Below, piece after piece: positions 1-12,094 of a stretch of 64,000 nt of DNA. Source of the DNA: Lytechinus pictus (Eukaryota); contig NC_087250.1 of the NCBI RefSeq assembly GCF_037042905.1, positions 26,786,001 through 26,850,000 of the forward strand, in the 5' to 3' direction. The position numbers were made by a program, and so were the translations under genes. How positions within the stretch are numbered: the first letter of the stretch is position 1; each line of letters opens with the position of its first letter. The notes beneath the pieces were generated by a model. It was given only the letters and a program-made list of their open reading frames with translations. It searched no databases and was not told the origin of the DNA.

Positions 1-122
1 CCTCATCCAGAAGGCAGAAGAGATAGCCAGCAAGTATAATACTTTGCTAAAGCTGTTCGGGGCATGCCACCGGGGTATAAACACGGGTACTTTCCTGGAC
101 GACTCAGTCATCGACAAGCTGG
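1..122 (+). CDS. Partial penultimate exon of a Chapaev/Transib/RAG1-like DDE transposase (5' part lies outside the window)
   Basis: Open frame from nt 2 (LIQKAEEIASKYNTLLKLFGACHRGINTGTFLDDSVIDKL) ends at G|GTAAG and joins the exon at 318 in phase. Confidence 0.7.
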
Positions 123-317
123 GTAAGAGTCTAAGAGATCATGATCATAAAGGTCAGCTGCAAAAAAAAAATGAAATGCAAGTAATTTTCATATCAAATA
201 AATAAAGAGTGACAGAGCAAGAAAATATCAATTGACACTGAAGAAGCAAAAATATTACTAGAAAATAACATTTATAGATCTCTATTTTTGTTTTTTCTAT
301 CGTTTATTTACTGACAG

Positions 318-601
318 ACAAAGACATCAAAGAGTATATGTTGTTCTACCGTCAGAACTTCCCCACAGAGAGCGTGACCCCCAAACAGCATCTATTGCAG
401 TATCATGTCATCCCCTGGTTCAGAGACTGGAGAGCAAGCCTTGGGATGATGGGTGAACAAGGGGGAGAGTCGGTCCACTGCCAACTCAACAACATTTCAA
501 GAGATTTGAGGGGCTACAACGATGACCTCAAACTCAATATACAATGTGTAAAAAATCAGTGGATATTAAGTAGCCCCTCAAATTACAATAAGTTCAGTTA
601 G
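318..601 (+). CDS. Last exon of a Chapaev/Transib/RAG1-like transposase (C-terminal H-x4-H motif and catalytic Glu region)
   Basis: Acceptor tttactgacag|AC. Translation TPKQHLLQYHVIPW...LGMMGEQGGESVH matches the HxxxxH...(S/G)EQGxES pattern of CMC/Transib/RAG1 transposases. TAG stop at 599-601. Confidence 0.75.
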
Positions 602-1884
602 ATCCACTCTAAATACCCTCTCAATCTCGGAGTAGAGAAGTAGAGAAGTGTACACTGAATTCTATGTATACAGAGCTTGTGGGGTCTTTAATTTTTTTTA
701 TTCATCTTATTTTATTCTATTATTTTTTATATTTTTTATTTGCAATCTAAGAATATATTCTTGCCTTGGGAATTAAACTTAGAATTAAATAAGAGTGTAT
801 ATAGCATTAAACAAAAAATTGATTCGAATGGCTTTACTGAAGTAGGTCACCTTTTTGTTCTCTGTAATAGACATGCAGTAGAGAATTATGTTGAAACTTT
901 AATCTATGACTATATTTCAAAAACATTGTATAGAATAGAATGATTGATTAGAATGCATTATGTATTTACATATATAGTCTAATAAAGTCTGTTCTGCAAT
1001 ATCTGGAATCTGCAATATCAGCTAGATACCAGTATCCATTAGCGGATGAAGTACAGAGAATCAGAGATACATGTACTACTGCCAGTGTGTAGGATTTAGG
1101 ATCAGTGGACAAGTATCCAGACTTATTATTATTATTATCATCATTATTATCATCATTATTATTATCATCATTAATTATTATTACTTTTATTTGTATCAAT
1201 ACATTTAACTTCATCAGGCTGTAGACATTTGTTTATGAACAAAAATCAGAAACATTTACGTCTGGTCACAAAGAGTGTACCAATATTTATGTCTGGATAA
1301 CTTGTGCACTAGACTAATGTGCACATTATTGCATTTGACTTTGACAAGTTCGGTTGATATTGAGAATAGAGAGAGAATAAAAGAATAAATACATCAACTA
1401 TGACAGAATTTGAGAAAACAGTGGCTGGAATAAGGTCTGTGATGTTAATTGTCTTTGTTAATGCAGATTTCTAAACATGATGGGTGATCATAATCATATG
1501 GATGTGATAACTGACAAGCTGTTTGGAATCACTTCTGGGTACATTTTTGTAGAAAAAGTCACAGAATTTTGACAGACATATATACATGTATACACAGTTG
1601 TAAATTTAGGAAACACAAGAGCTAGAGCCAACAGCCCACAGAAACTCCCCAACAGAGTAATATTTTCCCAAGGGATTAAATTTTACAAAAAGCCTGCAGT
1701 GCTCAGCTGAGGGAAAATATAGTCCGAGGGAAAAAATAAAAAATAAAATAACATACATGTAGCATTTCCATTGGAGATCCGCATGCTCAAGTTGCTGCAG
1801 CTCTTATCCCCTCTAGGCTTTACTGTAGAAGATGTGATGGCATTTGGACGTTCATGTACCTCTACTCAGTATCTGTAATAGACC

Positions 1885-2193
1885 CAGGCGCGTAGCCAGG
1901 GGGGAGGGGGGGCGCTAGCCCCCCCCCCAAAAAAAAAAAACCGCCAGCCAAAAAGAGAGAGAGAGAGAGAGAAAAAAAAGTAAGAGGACGTAAAATTATA
2001 TAAAGAAAAAGCAGACAAAGAAACATTTTTTAATATTCAGACAAGGATTATAAGAGTCGAGAACGGTACAACGAATCGTCTTCTTACTCGAATAATTTAA
2101 TGAAATGTCAACACTCCCCCCCCCTGCACCCACACGCTTCGCGTGCTCACTACCGCCCCCCCCCCCTAAAATAAAATCCTAGCTACGTGGGTG
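1885..2193. mobile_element. hAT-like MITE with 8-bp TSD
   Basis: Imperfect TIRs CAGGCGCGTAGCCAGG / CCTAGCTACGTGGGTG; AATAGACC at both 1877-1884 and 2194-2201. Confidence 0.75.
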
Positions 2194-2999
2194 AATAGAC
2201 CTATTAAATTTAATATAATACAACATTAATACTCAAAGACACTAATAAATTAAATAATACTAGGTCTAGACCTAATAATAATATATGCCTATTAATAATA
2301 TTTTTTATACCATTACCAATTACAATAACAATTACATTTCTATACTATAGTATAGGCCCTAGACAATACGCATTACCATTACATTAGCATTGACTCTCTA
2401 TGCTTTAAATCAGCTGGAGTGGGCCCTACCCCTACTCCCTTGCTCAAAATTATACCCGACCCGGAACATCTTGCATTCTGTAGACTCTAGTCTCTACTTC
2501 TAGTTCTAACTTCTAGGACTAGGCCTATCATAAAAATAATACAATTGGGTCTATTATTATGTTAACAAAACAATTGAAGTGCCTTGTTCAAGTTGTTCCA
2601 CGATTTAGCCAAAAGTGTGATACAGCAACGCTGTTTCGTGTTAGGGCCGACTGTGTATACGCGTACCCCCGACCAAGTTGTCTCAGTCATCGAAGTGGGA
2701 CTGGGAGTCTACGCCTACGCAAACGGCGGTGGAGCGTACACCGCGCCGCTGTAATCGAACATCTGCGGCTTTTGGCAAACAGCACATTGTATTTTACAGT
2801 AAGTTAGACAAGTAAACATACTTTGATCAAGATCACATTCAAATCAGACACTCTCAAACATTCATCTCCATTAAAATCACGATCTTAACCGACTGCAGTG
2901 CTTGAATGGTGACGTCATGTTCAGACAGTGGCAATTTTTCAACCAAAAATCTTTAATATTTACCTAAAAGTAGCACCAACCCAAGGAGAAGTCTACCCA

Positions 3000-4225
3000 G
3001 GTAAAAAAACCAGTTGAAACCAGTTGAAATTTTAACTGGTTTCAACTGGAGTCAACTGGTACCAGTTGAAACCAATTGGCACAACTGGTAAACTCCCACC
3101 ATGCCAGTATATTCCAGTTGAAACCCATTGTCTCAACTGGACATGCTGAAAACATACAAGTTTATTCCAGTTGAAACCAATTAACTATACTGGTATAAAT
3201 TAGTACACCAGTTAATACCAGTTAAAACCAATAGGCCTTTCTGGTTTATCTACCAATAGATTCCAGTTTAAAACCCATTAGCCAAACTGGACCATTTGAT
3301 GCCAGTTGGAACCCATAGAAACCCAATGGGTGTATATACCAGTTAATGCCACCTTAAACCCATAAACCATACTGGTATATCATTAAACCAATTGATACCA
3401 GTTAGAACCAACATGCATTACTGGTATACCTACCAGTTGATTCCAGTTAAAACCCATAAACCAAACTGGATCAGAGTGTTCCAGTTGGAACCCATAGACC
3501 TCCCATAACCCCACTTGAAACCCATTAACCATACTGGAATATCAAACAAATGGATACCAGTTAGAACCAATATAGGCATTACTGGCATATCTACCAGCTG
3601 ATTCCAGTTAAAAGCCATAAACCATACTGGAGCAGATTATACCAGTTGGAACCCATAGACCTCCCATAACCCACTTGAAACCCATTAACCATACTGGAAT
3701 TTCAAACCAATTGATACCAGTTAAACCAGCATACATTACTGGTATACTACCAGTTGATTCCAGTTAAAACCCATAAACCAAACTGGAACATATTTTACCA
3801 GTTGGAACCCATAGACCTCCCATAACCCACTTGAAACCCATTAACCATACTGGAATATCAAACCAATTGATACCAGTTAAAATTCAACATACATTACTGG
3901 TATACTACCAGTTGATTCCAGTTAAAACCCATAAATCAATTAAACTGGGACATATTTTACCAGTTGGAACCCATAGACCTCCCATAACCCACTTGAAACC
4001 CATTTACCATACTGGAATATCAAACCAATTGATACCAGTTAGAACCAATAGGCATTACCAGTATATATCTACCAGCTGATTTCAGTTAAAACCCATAAAC
4101 CAAACTGGAACAGATTATACCAGTTGGAACCCATAGGCCACCCATAACCCACTTGAAACCCATTAACCATACTGGAATATCAAACCAAATGATACCAGTT
4201 AGAACCAATAGGACTTACCAGTTGA
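3000..4225. repeat. Left subterminal array, ~160-bp units rich in CCAGTT/ACTGG
   Basis: CCAGTTGGAACCCATAG recurs at about 3302, 3481, 3642, 3798, 3960 and 4120. Confidence 0.9.
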
Positions 4226-4321
4226 TTTTAGTAAGAACCTGTATATACATATATAATATATACATATATATATATGTATATTAGAGGCATAGTGGTAATG
4301 CATTGTACTTATTTCCAACAG

Positions 4322-4372
<51 letters not shown>

Positions 4373-5689
4373 AGAACTATGTTTTCATACCTTTGTTGTT
4401 TTATTTGTCGCTTCTCTTAAACTGACTTTTGAAATATTTTTGTAATTGTTGATATCTGCAGTAATCATTCAAATTTCTTATCCGACAAGTCACTGGCTCA
4501 ATATAGCTGTAACCCACTTTACATTAATATTTATATTTTTTGTACAGATCATATTACTTCAAAGTCCTCTTATCTTTGTTTTTAATTCCTTTTGAGATAA
4601 TTCTTTATGATTATCATTCATGAATGTGTTTCCTATAACTATTATTATTGTTACCATCAACAAAGCGTTACTTTTCTTTAAAAAAAGCAAGTATTATTTC
4701 ATACAATCCACTCTTTAATCTACATGTATTGTTATTCATTCAACATTGGTTAAATATATATTTATGTGAAAATGTTCATTATGTTAAAGGTATATACATT
4801 TAGCCTACTCCCAACCTTTGCCCGTTCCTGCTTTTGACATTACTCCCCCCCCCCCTGTATACTTTTCTTTTTGTATCCCCTTTCCAATATTATACATTAG
4901 TATACTTTGTTATTTTTTTGTTGCTTATTTGTTTACTGAAATTTTGCTCTGTACAAATTCATGTAATTCAGCCTTTTACCACAATAAATGCCATGCATTT
5001 ATCCATCCTATACACAGCTCGATTGAGGATAAGAGGAAAAAAATATCTACATAATAACTAACTTAATTATTCTTTATGTTAATTTTAATATTTCCACCTT
5101 GAAAAGTTTCATTAAAGTATGTGGTTCGATATTACCATATAACTTAAATCGAAACATGTTATTCTCAGTGAAATTTTCTAGTTTACATTAAAAAAATTGT
5201 TATCCTAGATATTTGTTGCGAGAAAAAAATTTCTTCCTATTTAATCCCTTTTTTCTAATTTAAGTTAAAGAGGAATATTTTACACTATTTTTACAAATCA
5301 CATAAAAATTATTGTATTTTTCTTTTTTTAACTCACTGATATTTTAAAAATATTTTTGAAGGTGAATATAATAGCTATTTTTTTCTATTTATAACGCGCA
5401 TATTTATTGCTAGTTTACAACCTTGCCATGTTAAGCAAGGCTATCTTTATCTTTCAAATAAAAAGAAAATAAATAAAATAGAAATAAAGAACAAATATTA
5501 AGCTAATTCATTCTTAAACTTTCAAAGAAAAAAAAAAGCTCCAAAAGCAGAGGCAAAAATCGTCATTTCTTGACTGGTTGCCAACCAAAACCAAACAAGA
5601 AGAAATTTGTATGTTAAGAAGTTCGTATTTCTATTTTAAAACTTCTTTCTTGCTTTAGACCCCCCCCCCCCCCTTCGTTATTCAATCAC

Positions 5690-5990
5690 CGGGCGCGGGC
5701 GGGCCTGCGCATGCGCACTGAGTGCCACTGATCGCTATCGTCGATAAATTATGCAAATTAACCAGCGCCGCCAAAATTAAACGTAAACGCAAACCGCCAA
5801 TCTAATTTGAATTTGAAAGAGCCATCTTCGCCGCGCCGTTAATTTGCACCGCACTTTTATCGAGTGCTAGTGCGATAAAGAAGGGTAAAGAAGGCCGTTT
5901 TAATAATAATTCAACCACTGAAATCACACGGACCAGATTTGGACAATGACTTGAAAGCTAAGACATTCGCAGTAGGCTCTACAGGTAAGT
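5690..5990 (+). promoter_or_regulatory. CpG-rich promoter-like segment and candidate first exon inside the 9.1-kb element
   Basis: GCGCATGCGC (NRF1-like), ATGCAAAT octamer, local CpG density, strong donor ACAG|GTAAGT at about 5984/5985. Confidence 0.4.
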
Positions 5991-6564
5991 TAACAATTTT
6001 CTATGATTTTCTTTTCGTAGTTTGTTAAATGGCGCGGCTCGCAGCAGCTAGCTGCGGGGCTAGCTGTAACGTTAGAGTTCGTCAGGACATCCTGTTACTG
6101 CCCCTCAGCGCTGCCTGCCGGCCGCGACTAGCCGGGCGTGGATGTGTGGCTGCCATGCCGGTGCAAGTCTGCGCACATACATCATATTGACCTTACGATT
6201 TGTGTTAAGATTTAACATGAATTTCTTTTTATTTCACAAAATATTTCAGTTGATATTGTTCCATATATTGTTATAAGTAAATGAGAGAGATATGTGATCG
6301 AATGTGAAACTGATTTTCTTGGTCTTGGAAAAAATCTGAGAGTGAGACTCAGCCAGTTATGATTTTCAATTTCAGATTTAACATTATGATACTTTGATAG
6401 TGGCCAGCGCCTCGTGTCTGCGCACCAATCACTTTACACACGATTTGAGGATTTTGATGAGATTTTGAAATGCCGAAAATCGAAATTCATTATTTTTTCC
6501 ACCATTTTAAGAGTCTGATTTTTTCATGAATAGCTGTTTATCACTTTTTGACTGTGTATTTCAG

Positions 6565-6750
6565 GAGAGAGGGAGACCCAAAACCACCTGGAGTCATACT
6601 GAGCCTCGAGGAGGAGATGAAGTCAGTGAACATGACCTGGGGTACCGGTAGTTTCCAGAAGAAGGCCCAGCTCAGAACCGCCAGGACTCAGGAGTGGAGA
6701 TCCGAATACTTCGTTGCTGCCCTCCATATGAGGAGGCTGTAAGTTAGGTA
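6565..6750 (+). mobile_element. 3' fragment of an RTE-clade LINE ORF
   Basis: Across frameshifts it reads RGRPKTTWS...EEEMKSVNMTWG...QKKAQ...QEWRS.FVAALH, the typical C-terminus of RTE reverse transcriptase ORFs. Confidence 0.6.
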
Positions 6751-7171
6751 ATTCAGATGTCAAGTTTTCTTTTGGGGTCTTTGTGTATCTTCTATTATGA
6801 GAATTATGGAAAAGAGATGGTGATTTAATGGTTTTAAAGATGTAAAATATGAAATTCTAGCACTTTTTTTAGGCCTAATATGAGTTCGGACACCCTACTT
6901 ATAATTTTTTTTTGAGGAGCGCGATATTTTTGTACATGACCCAAGCCTAGTTTCACCACAGATTAATTAATAGCTACACAGCTGTTGCATTTACAATTTT
7001 AATAACAATCTACAACAATTGAGCATTTTATAAAATTGAGTGTGTCTAGGAAAGCAAATTCGGAGGCATAAGGAGAGCCATTTATTGAGCTCCATGGAAT
7101 TATAAACATGAAGGACTGATCTCTGCGACATCGATTTCAGAAGTATTCCCAAGACCAAGTGAACTTACTCA

Positions 7172-8130
7172 TTTTTGTCTCACCTGCATAGCAGAGTGAG
7201 ACTATAGGCGCCGCTTTTCCGACGGCGACGGCGGCGGCGGCGTCAACACCAAATCTTAACCTGAGGTTAAGTTTTTGAAATGACAGCATAACTTAGAAAG
7301 TATATGGACCTAGTTCATGAAACTTGGCCATAAGGTTAATCAAGTATTACTGAACATCCTGCCTGAGTTTCATGTCACATGACCAAGGTCAAAGGTCATT
7401 TAGGGTCAATGAACTTAGACCATGTTGGGGGAATCAACATCAAAATCTTAACCTAAGGTTAAGTTTTTGAAATTTCATCATAACTTAGAAAATATATGGA
7501 CCTAGTTCATGAAACTTATACATAAGGTTAATCAAGTATCACTGAACATCCTGCTTGAGTTTCACATCACATGACCAAGGTCAAAGGTCATTTAGGGTCA
7601 ATGAACTTTGGCCGAATTGGGGGTATCTGTTGAATTACCATCATAACTTTGAAAGTTTATGGATCTGATTCATGAAACTTGGACATAATAGTAATCAAGT
7701 ATTACTGAACATCCTGTGCAAGTTTCAGGTCACATGATCAAGGTCAAAGGTCATTTAGGGTCAATGAACTTTGGCCAAATTGGGGTATTTGTTGAATTAC
7801 AGCCATAAATTTGAAAGTGTGTTGGTCTAGTTCATAAAACTTGGACATAATAGTAATCAAGTATTACTGAACATCCTGTGCGAGTTTCAGGTCACATGAT
7901 CAAGGTCAAAGGTCATGTAAGGTCAAAGAACTTTGGCCACGTTGGGGGTATTTGTTGAATTGCCATCATATCTCTATAAGTGTATTGGTCTAGTTCATAA
8001 AACGTGGAAATAAGAGTAACCAAGTATCACTGAACATCTTGTGCGAGTTATAGTAGTTTTCAAAATCAGCACTGCTGCTATATTGAATCGCGTGATGCAG
8101 GTGAGACGGCCAGAGGCATTCCACTTGTTT
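7172..8130 (+). mobile_element. HINE/DINE-1/pearl(Tsp)-like Helentron-associated non-autonomous element
   Basis: Subterminal inverted repeats GTCTCACCTGCAT...ATGCAGGTGAGAC, (GGC)n microsatellite, about four 160-190-bp core repeats, T-rich flanks, no TSD; near-identical inverted copy at 24593-25582. Confidence 0.75.
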
Positions 8131-8172
8131 AAATAAATATGATGATGTGCTGTTTATCATTATAGTTGAATC

Positions 8173-9184
8173 ATTGATTCACAATCCCATGTATTTTTCT
8201 TAATGTGCAAATGGAATTTTACAACACTCTGTAGTAACCCTTGCCCGCCTTAGGTGTAGACATGTATTGCTATTCACTGTAATATAGACGCATTTTTATT
8301 CACTGTTCACTGTACTGATTATTTTTCTCTCCATTGTATTAAAAAAATTATTCAGATACATCGCATCTACCAGCAAAGAACGTGTGCCAGTACAGGGAAG
8401 GAATGTACCTGTCGCACGTGAACTCTTCAGAGGCAGTGAGGACAACAAGATCTGCAAGCAAGTGATCCTTTTTGTAAGAAAATTTCCAATTAGTACATTT
8501 CACAATTAATTTTTTTAAAGCCTTTGTACACATTTAGAGTATCAAGGCTTACAAAATGTAAAAATTAAATGTTTGCCCAAAAATCATTATGGGAAAGGTG
8601 GATTTCCGAGGAAAAATCAAATCTATCTTTGTTTACACAGTTGTACGAGCAACCTTATAGGAGGCTTGTCTAGGCTCCGTGATGAAAATACAATGTAAAA
8701 ATTGATTCACAATCCCATGTATTTTTCTTAAAGTGCAAATGGAATTTTACAACACTCTGTAGTAACCCTTGCCCGCCTTAGGTGTAGACATGTATTGCTA
8801 TTCACTGTAATATATACGTATTTGTTATTCGCTGTTCACTGTACTGATTATTTTTCTCTCCATTGTTTTTGAAAAAAATTCTTCAGATACATCGCATCTA
8901 CCAGCAAAGAATGTGTGCCAGTAGAGGAAAGGAATGTACCTGTCGCACGTGAACTCTTCAGAGGCAGTGAGGACAAGATCTGCAAGCAAGTGATCCTTTT
9001 TGTAAGAAAATTTCCAATTTGTACATTTTACAATAAAATTTTTTTAAAGCCTTTGTACACATTTAGAGTATCAAGGCTTACAAAATGTAAAAATTTAATG
9101 TTTGCCCAAAAATCATTATGGGAAAGGTGGATTTCCGAGGGAAATCTATCTTTGTTTACACAGTTGTACGAGCAACCTTATAGG
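8173..9184. repeat. ~528-bp tandem duplication (2 copies), with a third diverged copy at ~10411-10760
   Basis: ATTGATTCACAATCCCATG...GCAACCTTATAGGA occurs at both 8173 and 8701. Confidence 0.9.
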
Positions 9185-9490
9185 ATGTAAAATGATTAAA
9201 TTATCTTCATGGAGTCCTCTAGGCTAGCCAGTGACATGGGCCCATGCCCATCAATTTTAATTCATGCTTTTGCATAACCAAATGGCGTGAATTTGGAACT
9301 GGAAGTATAATTTCAGATTGACCTCAGAAATGAAACGTGCACAATTAGTCTGAACTAAAATAACATTTCCTGAATTTTTCTTAAATCTGGAGGCTGAAGT
9401 ATTTTTTTATCTTTGAAATTAAATTGGTTCTCGTTGTTTTTTACCTCTGACTTACCAGTATGTGTGGGGGTACCGTAGAAGTAGAATTAA

Positions 9491-10076
9491 AGGGATGGTC
9501 CAGGCTGGAAACATATCTCAATAAATAGAGTAAAATTCACAGAGCAAAATGCTGAAAACTTGATCAAAATTTGATAACTAATTAAGGTTTTGAATTTTAA
9601 AGATTTGCATTATTCCGGTGAAATAGTTCTAGGCATGTCTTTATGAATATTCATTAGGTTGGCTGATGATGTCATATCCCAATTGCCCTTTTGTATTTTA
9701 TTATATGAGATTAGGTTTATTAAGATATTTTTAACCAAGAACTATTGACAATTGGATTGACAACTGATTAGGTGCATTAGTTATTGACGCAACTTATTTC
9801 ATTACAATGGAGACGCATCATTTACACATGTATGAAAAAATCAAACATTTATGATTTCATCTAGTAACATAAAAAAAGGAAAGTGGAGATGTGACATCAG
9901 CCCACCTAATGATTATTCATGACGAAGTGCATACAACTGTTTTCACAAAATATTGATAAACTTTAAAATTCAATAACTTCTTGTTATCCTATTTTGATGA
10001 AATTTTCATCATTTTGCTCTGTGAATTTTACTCAAGTATTATTTAGATGTAAATATTTTCGGCCCGGACCATCCCT
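9491..10076. mobile_element. Kolobok-like non-autonomous element (TTAA TSD)
   Basis: TTAA-AGGGATGGTCCAGGC ... GCCCGGACCATCCCT-TTAA. Confidence 0.7.
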
Positions 10077-11439
10077 TTAATCCTCGGATAAAATTTTGTA
10101 TTTCATTTTTTTTTTTTTTTGCTTTGTCTTGCGTTTTTAAACATGTTCTGGGAACTGCTTTTTGAAAGTTGTCAGCATTAACAAGTTGTCTTTTTCCGAC
10201 AGTTACCATAGTAACAGTCAGAGGCCAGTGCTTCTCAGCCAATCAAAAGCAATGATTTCACTGAAATAGTCGGCACTGACGATCATGAAATACCCATCAG
10301 ATGTTAGCAGATAATGTGCAACATAGACTCCTAGATACATATATGCAAACATACATAGTCTAAGTCTTTATTATTAAAATAAATGTATAGGTATAAGGTC
10401 GAGGCAATTTCATCTCTGCGATGTCAATTTCAGAAGTATTCCCAAGACCATGTGAACTTACTATACATGTTGTAATAAAAATGATGATGTGCTGTCTATC
10501 ATTTATAATTGAATCATTGAAATATGGAACTTAGAGAAGTTTCACTATCCCATGTATTTTCTTTATGTGCAGATATAATTTTACACCACTGAAATTTTGT
10601 ATTACGGTATTCACTGTACTTATTATTTTTCATTCCATTGGTTTTTTTTTCTAATCTTCAGATACATCGCATCTACCAGCAAAGATCAAGTGCCACTACA
10701 GGAAAGGAAGGTACCTGTTTCACGTTTCCTCTTCAGAGCCAGTGAGGGCCCCAAGATCTCAATAAATAATAATTAAAAAAAGACTCCTTTATCATTCCTT
10801 TAAAAATAGTACATATTATTTATTGAAGGTAAATGCTTAGATGCATTATATTCAAATTTTGTCTCCAAGCTAGCATGTAAAAATTGGATTGACTACATAT
10901 TTACTGTGTAAGTTAATGATCTTTGTTGACACATAATACAAGAATTATACACAGCATGTTACAGTTTGTAACATAATTTTCTTTCATTAAATTCCTAGTT
11001 TAAATACCATATAGATGTTTTTTGTGACTTTTGTCATTCTCTGATGTTTTTTGGTACAGATTTCAAGAGACTGAGGGATTGATTTACCAGAGCAAGTTTA
11101 CAGTCCAATCCTGTTATATTGTGCATGTGGAAATTAACAAGGTTTCAATACAATGCTACAAATTTACCTTGATTCATTTCATCAGTCCTATGTGCAAGGA
11201 TAATTATTTCACTTGTCCATGCACATTGTTATAACAGGAGTGGACATTCAATGTAAAGATAATTGAAGATAATTTATAATTGAAATAACCGCCTGAGAGG
11301 GGGGGGGGGGGGGGTGTTGGTACCAATATTCTAATGTGTGTGTGCGCAAGGAAAACGAAGGAGTGATTATATGAGAAGAGTAAAAGATCGGGAATGTACA
11401 TATCCACATGATTCATTTTTGTTTATGCTATACATTGCA

Positions 11440-12094
11440 GGGTGTTTCTAACTGGTACCACTTGACAATTTATGTTTCCAACTGGTCCTAACTGGTGCTT
11501 TCAACTTGTTCTAACTGGCACCAGTTGACAACTGGTGTTTCCAACTGGTTTTAACTGGCACCAGTTGACAACTCATGTTTCCAACTGGTCCTAACTGGCA
11601 CCAGTTGACAATTGGTGTTTCCAACTGGTTTTAACTGGCACCAGTTGACACCTCATGTTTCCAACTGGTCCTAACTGGCACCAGTTGACAATTTGTGTTT
11701 CCAACTGGTTTTAACTGGCACCAGTTGACAACTCATGTTTCCAACTGGTCCTAACTGGCACCAGTTTACAATTGGTGTTTCCAACTGGTTTTAACTGGCA
11801 CCAGTTGACAACTCATGTTTCCAACTGGTCCTAACTGGTACCAGTTAGGACCAGTTGTCAACTGGTACCAGTTGCTAACTGGTACCAGTTAGGACCAGTT
11901 GCCAACTGGTATTTCCAACTGGTACCAGTTACAATTTGTCAACTGGATTCCAGTTGATTCCAGTATTGGAATCAACTGGAATCCAGTTGATTCCAGTATT
12001 CCAATTTCCATATTGAATCCAGTTCGCTAACTGGAATCAACTGGTACCAGTGCCAGTTGGATGAACTGGTCCTTAACTGGTTTTTTGACCTGGG
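11440..12094. repeat. Right subterminal array: alternating 40-bp A/B units forming an 80-bp higher-order repeat
   Basis: 11521-11840 is 4 x (CCAGTTGACAACTGGTGTTTCCAACTGGTTTTAACTGGCA + CCAGTTGACAACTCATGTTTCCAACTGGTCCTAACTGGCA), with minor variants. Confidence 0.95.

Larger units (their letters stand above)
2996..12094. mobile_element. 9.1-kb non-autonomous TIR DNA transposon, probably EnSpm/CACTA-like (CCCAG termini, TA flanks)
   Basis: Left CCCAGGTAAAAAAACCAGTT, right AACTGGTTTTTTGACCTGGG; TA at 2994-2995 and 12095-12096; both arms are filled with CCAGTT/AACTGG arrays; no transposase ORF inside. Confidence 0.8.

Noticed and set aside
1301..1326. GTGCACTAGACTAATGTG as the right end of the transposase-bearing element
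   Set aside because: The left end is outside the window, so TIR and TSD cannot be tested; an alternative candidate exists near 12742.
11440..12094. CRISPR-like appearance of the palindromic repeat array (also 3000-4225)
   Set aside because: No unique spacers, no cas genes, eukaryotic context; the arrays lie inside matched TIRs.
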